From Eledone cirrhosa (Eukaryota), in NCBI GenBank assembly GCA_964016885.1, contig OZ024755.1, forward strand, positions 17,732,001 through 17,796,000: DNA of 64,000 nt, in the 5' to 3' direction. Position numbers and translations under genes: made by a program. Numbering within the stretch: position 1 is the stretch's first letter; each line of letters starts with the position of its first letter. The notes under the pieces were generated by a model. The model saw only the letters and a list, made by a program, of their open reading frames with translations, did not search any database and was not told the DNA's origin. Below, piece after piece: positions 37,208 to 47,496 of the stretch.

Positions 37208-37594
37208 ATATTAGAAAATAAATTTATGTTAATTAGAAAACAAGTCATGGTTATCAAATAAATTGGATTTAATCATTTATATTTTCATAGTCATAGTTAT
37301 TAATGTAGAAAACAAGTCATTTTCATCAACAGTGGAATTACTTCTGACAGCTAATACCATGAACTTAAATGAATTTTCACCAACAGTGGAGTGACTTCTG
37401 ACAGCTAATACCATGAACTATATTTTCAAAGTCATGGTTATCAATGTAGAAAACAAGTCATTTTCACCACTGTTGGTGAAAATGACTTGTTTTCTACATT
37501 AATAACCATGACTATGAAAATATAAATGATTAAATCCAATTTATTTGATAACCATGACTTGTTTTCTAATTAACTTAAATTTGTTTTCTAATTT

Positions 37595-37610
37595 GGCCCT
37601 TTTAAGGGCC
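37595..37610 (+). other. Histone mRNA 3' stem-loop motif (right arm of foldback element)
   Basis: GGCCCT-TTTA-AGGGCC followed by AC; matches the metazoan 6-bp stem/4-nt loop consensus. Confidence 0.7.
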
Positions 37611-37904
37611 ACTTATATTTTCATTTAAGTAACTCCACTTACATCTATATGCTTTAACAAAAAATAATAAAAAAATTTCATTTAAGTAACTCCACTTACG
37701 CGTGGTAGTAATACGGAAATAAACGATGTTTTGCTTTCGTCGGCTGCTTTCGACTGACAGCTAATAGCGTTGTAGTGCCCAACTCTGCCAATTTCTCACA
37801 CTGGATAGAGTGTACCTATTCTAAAATACAGATAGTCAATTAAACTAAAATAGTACAAAAAAGGGGGAATATGAGACTTGTAGCTGTTATTATAGAGAAC
37901 CAGA

Positions 37905-38545
37905 CATCGGCTCCCACTCGAAGTGCAATGGAAATGCGGAGTTCGTCCTGACTGAGAAGGCCACCAATGTTGGTCACAGGTAGGGCATCAATCCAGTCCC
38001 CCGAGAACTTTGCGCTTGCAGAAAGTAAGCGGCACCTAGAAAATTGATCAGAATTATTAAAAAGAGAGAGTTAAAAGTTTCCCTCGAACACAGATTGTCC
38101 TATACTCCCTGCTTCCGTCTATCCTCATCAGTAACGGTAATTGATAAAGCCAGTTATCTCCACTGTAGTAAAGCTTCATTCATCTGCATGGGAGAACTAG
38201 TCCATATTGGAAAGGAGAGGATGTCACCCACTAAAGGGGAGGAAGCGTGGACAAAGAAAAGAAAGCAAGGTAGAACAAAGATCTGCATTTGCGCAGACTG
38301 AGACCTCTAAATCGTTTGGGCAAGGCAGCTTGATCGCAGGACTCTGGGGAGAGTCGGACATTAACCAGACCCTTGACCTCACTGATTATTAGGTCGTCAA
38401 AGCGTTGGAGAAACGACAAGAATTTGTAAGAGGGACTAACTCTAGGGAGATACAACAACTTAGGGATTAACGTATAAAAAACCTTGGTGAGGCTCAATAG
38501 CTTTATCGTACATTTTCGTCTATTTCTCTTCACGTCAACCTCAAT
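37905..38545 (-). mobile_element. CRE-clade non-LTR retrotransposon fragment (post-RT region)
   Basis: IPKLLYLPRVSP...FDDLI...VNVRLSPESCDQAALPKRFRGLSLR and RLLSASAKFSGDWIDALP...ELRISIALRVG resemble CRE motifs QASLPxRxGGLG and SGAWLxAxP. Confidence 0.78.
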
Positions 38546-38583
<38 letters not shown>

Positions 38584-39185
38584 TATAATAAACAACACAA
38601 TATAATTATTCCATTACCAAAGGTTTCAAGAAACTAGACGATTCTTACAGAAACGTCTATCTTGTTGATCAGAAAATACGGAAATACTTAACATATATAA
38701 GTCCTAGATTATTAAATCGACCCCAATACATTACTGGTATTTTATTTTACCAACCCCGTAAGGATGAAAGACAAAGCTAACCTCCGTGGGATTTGAACTC
38801 TGAACGTAAAGGGACGTAACTATAATCAGTAAAGCCTGTTATACGCGCTATGGATACTGCCAATCCACCGCCCTAGATAAACAATGCCATGAAAAAAGAT
38901 GAGTTGGTCACGGATAGAACGTCTTTGATGAATAAAGACTGAATATGGATTAAACAACCACAACCTGTATCCGTAAGAAGAGTCTGCTAATCTTTATATA
39001 CTATTTGTAATGTTATTTATACAATTGTGAATAAAATACACGTTTTCTCTCGTTTTTCTTTACCCTGGTTAATTTTTATTGATGTCTTTCTTTTGTAAAT
39101 CATATTCATTACTTAAATAATTGTAAATCATATTCATTACTTAAATAATCATATTCATTACTTAAATAATTACTTAAATAATCAG

Positions 39186-39520
39186 CGGTGGTGGATTGGC
39201 AGTATCGGTAGAGGGTCGGACGCCATGCTTTCCAGCATAGTTACGTCCCTTTACGATCTGAGTTCAAATCCCGCCGAGGTTGACTTTGCCTTTCATCCTT
39301 ACGGGGTCGATAAAATAAAGTACCAGTAATGCACTGGGTAATTGCTGGCCTTGTGCCTAAAGTAGAAACAATTACTTAAATAATTGTTTCTACTTTTGGC
39401 ACAAGGCCAGCAATTATCATAGTGCATTACTGGTACTTTATTTTATCGACCCCGTAAGATTGAAAGGCAAAGTTAACCTCGGTGGGATTTGAACTCAGAC
39501 CGTAAAGGGACGTAACTCTG
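39186..39520. mobile_element. Tail-to-tail pair of family B SINEs (Nin/Deu-like domain)
   Basis: GAGTTCAAATCC B box; GCCTTTCATCCTTACGGGGTCGATAAAATAAAGTACCAG core; TSD ATTACTTAAATAAT around the first copy; many other copies (e.g. 7780, 16040, 21000, 32580, 49520, 50250). Confidence 0.8.
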
Positions 39521-39658
39521 AAATCCCACCTTTTTATTTTAAGAAATTTATACGAAAATATGTGTGTGAATGTGTGTGTAAATATATGCATAATTGTGAA
39601 TACGAAACTAATATACAAAATTAGCTCTTCATTAACTGCCGGTGTTAAACAAACTCAC

Positions 39659-39724
39659 ATGGGGAAATGTGACAAGGGTATTCCGTTTAAAGAAAGCTTT
39701 CAAAGAATTAATTTCCTATATCAG
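39659..39724 (+). CDS. RPP21: RPP21 coding exon 1 (MGKCDKGIPFKESFQRINFLYQ)
   Basis: ATG...CAG|gtttgt; RxNFLYQ motif. Confidence 0.92.
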
Positions 39725-42700
39725 GTTTGTATAAAAGTTATCTTTATTGTCACATAATTGATATTCTATAAAGAAACAGTGAACAAATTAACTGACATAT
39801 TTCATGTTCTCTACTTACTTCGACATGCGAATATTAAAACGTACGTATTTTTAGATCTTGTGTAATATGAATCAAAAAAAGAAAAAAAAGCAGTGATAAA
39901 TAAATGAGTTAGTGGGTGCAATTATCATCGGACGAATTACTTGTCATGGGAGGTAGATAAATTTGTATATATTTGGTTTTTGAAGATGTATTAATGGTGG
40001 CTGTCCACTTCGAAGCATCGCTGATACTGGCTTCTCAAAACCTTTGGGTTAACTTCAGAAAATTCCAGAGGTAGTTGTAATTTGCTTGAAGCATTGTGTA
40101 AAGCGTAGAAAATAGTGTTTTATTTGATGTCTAAGACATTGTGAATTGGACAGTAACTGTTAAGAATTAGATAACAATGATATGGTGTTATCATTTGTAT
40201 CATATATCGTTAAGTTCATGTGATAGGTAGCCTTGAAAGAAAACACTGTTTTCTAATGACATACTTGTGTACGTAAAGGTTATTGGAAATTATAGACACC
40301 TACATGAAAAGGTCTCGGTAATTTAACTAATATATAACTGGCACTCCGTCGGTTACGACGACGAATGTTCCAATTGATTCGATCAACAGAACGGTTTGCT
40401 CGTCAAATGGACGTGCAGTGACTGAACGTTCTACATACATCCATACGCTTAGTATAGTTCTCAGGGAGATTCAACGTGACACAGAATGTGACATGGCTGA
40501 CCCTTCGGTTTACTGGTATAACTCATTTTTGTTAGCTCAGTGGACTAGAGCGGCGTGAAATAAAGTGTCTTGCTCAAGGATACAATGCGCCGCCAAGAAT
40601 CGAATTCATGGCCTTAGTATTGTGAACAGAATACCTTAACCATTAAGCCATGCGCCTTCATTTAGATATACTCTTCTATCAAGTTACACACCAAACCGTT
40701 TATTAATATCATATTGTCAGTGCAATGAATAAGACTGAAGATATATAGAGCACTATAAAAGAAAAAACGGGAAGGAAGATCCACTCACTCAATCACACAC
40801 CACAACGGGGGAAGGGGGTTGGAGCTTCCCTCTAATACAGGCAGTCCGCGGGCCACAATCCGGCCCGCGATGACCGTTTTTTATTTTTACCTTGTAGACT
40901 TATTTAAACTTTTTTTTTGTAGCTGTAACACAATTTTCTATTAGTTGACCTATACTAAAGGGCTTCACTGATAGGGTTATGGATGTAATAATTTCTCAGT
41001 TCCATGTTATGGAAAGAAGTGATGAATCTTTGGAATAGTGCTTAATAAATATTAATGGCTCTAATAGTTACTCCAATATTCAAAAGTGGTCCGCCAATGG
41101 AATATGTTGCACACTCCTGCTCTAATACATTTTTCGAGGCCAACACACCCGCAGTATTGCCACGGGTGATAGCGAGGCTAAAACGCTGGATCAACCAAGC
41201 ACCCTCACAGGCATCACCAGATACTTCTATTATAATCCACTTACATCTACGATGTTTTGTGAGACTACACTAGATTTTAATATACACCTTTCTCCCTATT
41301 CAGTTTAACTACCAAGTTGTAACAGACCAGAACAGAGTGACTGAAAGTTAGTATGGGTTCCCGGTTTTGAGGGAGGCCTATTAGTAACAAAGAATTAGCT
41401 CCCTTTTGTTAAATCGTTCTTCTTTTATTTTGGCCCGTTACTTGTAAGTGCATCGAACAAGTGTAATATCTTATTTATAACTACAGAATCTGTAAGAATT
41501 GTTATAACATGTACTTTGTATTTTTCAGGCAGCCTATTTGACTCTGACAGTAAATCCACAAAATATTGGCCTTGTTCGCTTTTACATAAACACACTGAAG
41601 ACAATTGCTCAGAGACAAGTTCTTCGTCTGTTAGTATTGCTTTTTTTATTTCTTCTAAATTATTTCTTCTTTTTGTGTTGTAATAATATTAAGCCACAGT
41701 CGTATCATGTTTTTGTTGTACACCTATGTGCGTTTAGCTCAGAGGTTCTACAACCTTTTGGGGGCCACCGCCCCCAATCACGGCAACGTAATAGCCTCAG
41801 CGCCCCGCCCAACTCCATTTCCACAGAGACCTGCTTACACGCAAATTGTAATTGTAAATGATGTATGGTAAATAAAATCGTTAATTTATATATAATAAAT
41901 ATTATATATTTTTTATTTTACTATATGAGATATGTATCATTTGATATTTAATATACTATTATAGCATGTCTACCGCTTGCTCCTTATTCCCCCCTCCCCG
42001 GACCTTCTCAACGCCCCCGGGGAGGGGGGTAGTAGTGCCCACTTTCAGAACCTCTAGTTTAGCTGGCCTCCTACAAGTTTGCATCTCATGATTCTTAGGC
42101 ATTTTAATTATAAGGAACCCCAGTCCTATCTTACTGCTGCTGTTGTTGTTGTTACAGTTCACACCTATGTATATATAAATATCAGAATGTATTGTTAATG
42201 TTAGTTTGTTGTGTATCATTACTGAAGCCTGTTTCATTCTTCATTACAGAGACCCTCATTTAAAACGAACAATATGTAAGAAATGTTTTACTCTTCTCGT
42301 ACCTGGATTGACTGCAACTATACGATCTCGAAGTAAGGGACTGATATCTACATATATATAGTTATTGCTCTTTTGTTGCCATCGTTTTAACTAACCCATC
42401 TTGCATCAGAAACATTAACAATTTGACTTTATTTCATGTTATTGCAACCAGTTAATTTTTCAAGAAATTAAACCTTCGTTTGTTTCCACATAAAATTGAT
42501 AGCTTACAAATTCAAAATTACATTAATCGTTGCTCTAGAAGTATAATAGTTTGAACAAGAATGTGGGTTGTCGAAAATTCAAGTATCTATTGTCTATGTT
42601 GGCAACATAGGTAAAGGCATGTCTGAGTTGTTTAAGAGTTTGCTTCACAATCACTTCGTTTCAGGTTCAGTCTCACTACCGTCATTATAATAGACTTTAA

Positions 42701-44873
42701 GGTCGTGCTCCAGCATGGCTGCAGTCAAATTACTGAAAACTGAAAGGGGAATAAACTATTTCGTGTGTTTTTCGTTAATATTTGTAGCCTGATTTATTGA
42801 AAATATATTGAAGAGTAGATTTTGATTAAGTGATTGATTTGTTCTGAAATCAATGGTTTGTTTACAAGGGAGACAACCCTTGTTTTTTAATAACGTTTCT
42901 AGGCACCAGTGTGTGTGCGATTCTTCTATTGATTTTAATCATTAAACAGATGCCATTGTGGGGGCCAATGCTGGAATTACCTATAAACTATAACTTAGGA
43001 CCACACACCCATGGAGGGGCCAACACACAACCCAGTCCAGGAATCGAACCCACGACATTATGATCGTAAATCCAACTCCCTTAACAGTGTCATGCGCCTT
43101 CCGTCCGGCTGCAGGTTATAAATAAAAATCGTTCATACAAGTGACATCAAATGCAAATCAAAAAACACCTAGACTAATGTACGTGTACACGTACATATAT
43201 ATATATATATATATGTTAAGCTTCGATCTACTTTACAAATATCGAGGCTATCGTAGAAACACCTAAGGTACCACAGCGAGATTGAACCCAAAACCATGTG
43301 GGTTGGGAAACAAGCCTATTCACCACTACCATGCCAGTGTCTATCAGTTATATATCTAATGAAATACATTTCACGAGTCATCTCCCTTGAACATGATACA
43401 ATGAATTGTTTTGCTCAAGAATATAACATTCAACCTAGTCCAGGAATCGAACCCACACATTATGATTGTAAGTCCAATATACTTACCTCGGGCTAATGCC
43501 TCTTCCTCAAGGGGGAGACAGCTTCAAAAGTTTAAGGGATTTTTGAGAAGCCTAGGACCACTTCCTATGTGGAGGAGTCCCATGAAGGAAACCAGCCTAC
43601 TGAAGTATATATGGACATTGATATGGAGGCACATGGCTTAGTGGTTAGAGCATTGGCTTTGCAATCGAAAGGTTGTGAGTTCAATTCTCAGACCAGGTGA
43701 TGTGTTGTTTCCTTGAGCAAGATACTTTATTTCACATTGCTCCAGTTTACTCAGCTGTACAAATAAGATGATAGGGACTTGGGTCCATATCATTCCACTG
43801 CAAAGTGGTCGTGCAGGTGCCACGGCAAAAAAGCACCCAGCACTCACTGTAAATGAGGTTGGTGTTAGGAAGGGCATCCAGCTGTAGAAATCAAGCCAGA
43901 ATCAGTTCCCGTCCCACCCTTGCAAGCAAGGAAAAGCGGACGTAAAATGAAATGATGATGATGATTGTAAGCTACAAAGACAAATCATCTGGAAGAGGAG
44001 AAACTCTGAATTAAAATCTGAAATAATGAAGACGAAATCTTTAACCCTTTAGCATTTACATTACTATATAAACAGTATTGTATTTTCGCAGTAAAGGCTT
44101 TATTTCAAATCATATCTCATAATATTGAATCTATGAAATTTTGATATTATTTATTTTGAGAACAATACCTTAACATCATTATGAGTGGCCAGTTTGAACA
44201 GAAAGATATGTGAAAATTTTGGCTAGATATGGCTGGTTTAAATGCTAAAGGGTTAAGTCTTGATTGTGGGTACATCTGGTCGTGTGTGACTAGCGTAGGT
44301 AGGTGACTCATGTGTACATCTGGTCACGTGACTCAAGTGTGTATATCTGGTCATATGTGACTGGCATTGTGGCTACATCTGGTCATATGTGACTGACATT
44401 GTGGCTACATCTGGTCATGTGACTAACATCTGTTGGTTTAAGGCTAGAGAAGACACTTTCTATGCCGACACCTAGAATTTATTATAACTTCAAGTCCATC
44501 CCTTTCCATCTTCTACCCATCCAGTTTTCTGTAGCTTAAACATTCAATCTGTATATTTCTAGGGCACAGAGAGAAGCACACAGTTGTAACCTGTTTGGAG
44601 TGTGGTTTAGTAAAACGGTTCCTATGGCGACCTGATCACCAGTTGTGGATAGACAATCCTGCTGCTTGGCTCAAAATGCCATCTGATGCAGACAACCCAA
44701 CCATGCCACAAACTCCATCTACATCACATGAAGAAGGTGCTGAGAAAAGCAGCTCTGCTAAAATAAAGGACTTGCCCCAGCATGGCCATAGCCAAAATCC
44801 TAAACCCAACACCGAGACACAAGAACCTACATCTAAAATTAATGCTGAAACTCTCAATACTGGAATTTCATAA
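39659..44873 (+). CDS. RPP21: Ribonuclease P/MRP protein subunit p21 (Rpr2/Rpp21 family), 4 coding exons
   Basis: Exons 39659-39724, 41529-41629, 42250-42332, 44563-44873 in phase. ESFQRINFLYQAA...RFY...VLRLDPHLKRTICKKCFTLLVPG...VVTCLECG...RF...HQLW gives the Rpr2 CxxC..CxxC zinc ribbon. Confidence 0.95.
40335..40640 (-). mobile_element. tRNA-derived SINE family C
   Basis: tRNA-like head at ~40560-40640, shared CCTTGAGCAAGACAC core, distinct tail; related copy at 28030-28315. Confidence 0.65.
41055..41240 (-). mobile_element. CRE-clade retrotransposon C-terminal fragment
   Basis: Minus strand SGDACEGAWLIQRFSLAITRGNTAGVL resembles the CRE QRLSxAIQRGNA end motif. Confidence 0.65.
41529..41629 (+). 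CDS. RPP21: RPP21 coding exon 2 (AAYLTLTVNPQNIGLVRFYINTLKTIAQRQVLRL)
   Basis: tttcag|GCA...CT|gttagt. Confidence 0.92.
41740..42056. mobile_element. hAT (Charlie-like) MITE in an RPP21 intron
   Basis: CAGAGGTTCT...AGAACCTCTA termini, 8-bp TSD GTTTAGCT. Confidence 0.85.
42250..42332 (+). CDS. RPP21: RPP21 coding exon 3 (DPHLKRTICKKCFTLLVPGLTATIRSR)
   Basis: ttacag|A...A|gtaagg. Confidence 0.94.
43625..43965 (+). mobile_element. Full-length tRNA-derived SINE (family A)
   Basis: A box TGGCTTAGTGG, B box GAGTTCAATTC, CCTTGAGCAAGA core, 48-bp internal unit, (GAT)n tail; near-identical copies at 5958-6286(-), 9733-10122(+), 11535-11933(+), 59880-60205(-). Confidence 0.88.
44041..44256. mobile_element. 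piggyBac-type MITE
   Basis: TTAACCCTTTAGCAT...ATGCTAAAGGGTTAA. Confidence 0.85.
44563..44873 (+). CDS. RPP21: RPP21 last exon (HREKHTVVTCLECGLVKRFLWRPDHQLW... plus low-complexity tail)
   Basis: ttctag|GG...TAA. Confidence 0.92.
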
Positions 44874-46264
44874 TATTTAATTAAATATTAGTTCATTTTA
44901 ACTTGTCTATAGTTTCTTTACTTGCTCAATCCAAAAAAATACATAGTCCCTGGTGAAGGTTATAAAGTTAAAACATGTGCTTCTCTGATCTTCAAGTTTT
45001 CATTGTTATTGTTTTGTAGCCTCTTGATCATATTTCAACAGATTTACAACATGGAAGCAACCAGGAATTCAAAAATATCATCCTTTAATTTGAGTTTGAT
45101 TCCCAGGCCAGGTGATGTGTTATGTTCTTAAGCAAAACACTTTATTTCACATTGCTCCCACTAGGAGTTTGACTGGCTGATAGTATCAACAATGGAAACT
45201 AATTGTATTGTTTCCTTGGTTCAATTTGACAAGTTCCACCCACCCCACTTGGTAATGAGGTCTGAGAACTTGTCGATCAATTGCCCTGGGGGGGCTACCA
45301 GCCATTCATCATCAGCTTAATGTTCATCTTCCCATGGAAGTGGTCAAGTTCACAGTATGAAATATTGCTCTTCAGTTTGATCTTCCATCATCAAATCTGA
45401 AGTTTAGTTGAGGTCTATAAGTCAGCTGGTACACAGTGAGCCAAAGAAAAGGAGGAGACATGGATATCTGACATGTCTCCTCTTTAAAAAAAAGAAACAA
45501 ACTCATCATTGCCTTGAATTTTGAGAGAAGTCTCCCCTACCCCTTTCCCAGGAGGACCCAAAAGCAAACTAGCTCTGCCTTCTAAAATTTTTCTTGAAGG
45601 CCCTGTGCTCAGAAGAATGAAAGACAAAGCTGACCTCAATGTAATTTGAACTTGGAACACAAGGGCTTAGAATAAAAACTGGAAAAAAAGCATTTCATTC
45701 AATGTTCTACTGCTTCTGCCAATCAATTTTATACTACTGCAATCAGAAATAAATACCAGCTCTATAGATTTGGGGGTAAAAAACCCACAACACCTTTACT
45801 TTCACATTAAACAATATCTGTGCTACTCCAATCCCTACTCTCAGTAAAAATATTACCATACAGGCTAGATATTTCCAATAGATCAATCACTGGTTTATTG
45901 CAGTTACAATGATATGAAAAGAGAGTGTCTGTGTAACTTAGGAAAATCAAATAACTCAAGGGATTTCTTTTTGAAAGTACTAGTTTATTTGTGGGTTTTT
46001 TCACTGATGTTTAAATTTTTTGCCAATATATACAATCTACCACCTTAAACACCAGAGTAATAATGAGAAGGTTAGTTATATTACTAAATCTCTTTCCAAA
46101 TTCTTGATTAATTTAGAAAACCATTCAGTAGTGTCTATTTATTAGAAATATGCTAACGAAACGGTTAATAATACAACTACAATTTGTAGATTAACTTCTA
46201 GGAATTATCCAAAGAAACAATATGGCAAAATATTCTTTTAGAAATCAATCAACGAAATATCCAT

Positions 46265-46445
46265 CTAATATTTGTATGCTTCGACAGGAGAGTCGAGTTC
46301 TAAGAACAAATTTTGTACTCTGACTGGTTTACAATAGTATCCATTTTTGGCAGGAAATCGGGCATTGAGTAACTTCTTTTCTAAACTTGTCGGTTCAACA
46401 TTTACTGGTGATACATTCAAAGTTCTTTCAATAATTTTGTAATTT
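46265..46445 (-). CDS. Gene 4 last exon (NYKIIERTL...RFPAKNGYYCKPVRVQNLF...YKY*)
   Basis: taattttag|A...TAG. Confidence 0.7.
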
Positions 46446-47454
46446 CTAAAATTAGAAAGAAGAAAAGTCATTTTTAAAAATACTAGATTAATTAGTGTGT
46501 TGGGTTAATTACTTGGTCAGTCAACTGTAGATTCATTTGTGTGTTGGTCAACTTTAGAAGACAGTGTGTCAGTCAGATCTAGAAGACTACTTAGTGTGTC
46601 GGTCAACTATAGATTAACTAGTGTATCAGTCAGGTCTAGAAGAATAATTAATGTATCAGTCAAGTGTGGAAGATTAATTAGTGTGTCAACTGTAAAAGAC
46701 TAATCAGTGTGTCAGGTGTAGACTAATTAGTATGTTGGTCAGGTCTAGAAGAGTAATTAGTGGATCAATGAAATGTAGTAAGACTGACTGGCTGCTATGT
46801 TAGTCAACTGTAGTAAGTCTCAAAACTGCAGTAGACTAAAAATATATTAGGAAGAGGCTATGTAGCCGGTGAAGGTGTCAGACACCATGAAACATTAGGA
46901 AGAGGCTATGTAGCCGGTGAAGGTGTCAGACACCATGAGTTGTGGCCCAAGTTGAAATTTTTTCCATTATCAATTGTTAAAAAACAAGTTAAAATCCTTT
47001 AGGCACCCAAAACAAGTAGTAGTGCTGGTGTCGTGATAAAATGCACCCTGTCCACTCTGTAAAGGGCTATAAAATGTACCCAATACATGCTGTAAAAATG
47101 GTTGACATTAGTAAGGGCATCTGCCCATAGAAACCTTGCCAAATATGAAACGTATGAGCAAGAGACGGTCATCTGACCTGTCTAGTCTGAGATAACCCAT
47201 GTAACCCAAACCACGGATAACAGACATAAAACACTAATAATGATGATGATGACATTCAGAGTAAAGATTGCTAAATTACAAATGTTACCTGTTAATCGAA
47301 GGGATTGATTTTGTTGTTATTGAAGGTCGAAAGTACATGGCATTCAAAATATAATCTGGAAGTTGGAGAGTGTTTGACTTTTGATCACCACAGCCTGTTT
47401 TCCTGTTTTTGTACATGCTAAATTTTGATAAAGGAAATAAAAGTTATTTCATTG

Positions 47455-47496
<42 letters not shown>

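Larger units (their letters stand above)
37007..37780. mobile_element. Non-autonomous foldback DNA transposon, 774 bp, ~330-bp inverted arms, 6-bp TSD AACTCT
   Basis: Ends GGGCACTACAACGCTATTAGCTGTCAGTCG / CGACTGACAGCTAATAGCGTTGTAGTGCCC; AACTCT at 37001-37006 and 37781-37786; paralogous empty site at 30495-30500. Confidence 0.92.

Noticed and set aside
37007-37780. Histone gene or pseudogene
   Set aside because: Only the stem-loop is present; no histone coding sequence was found on either strand.
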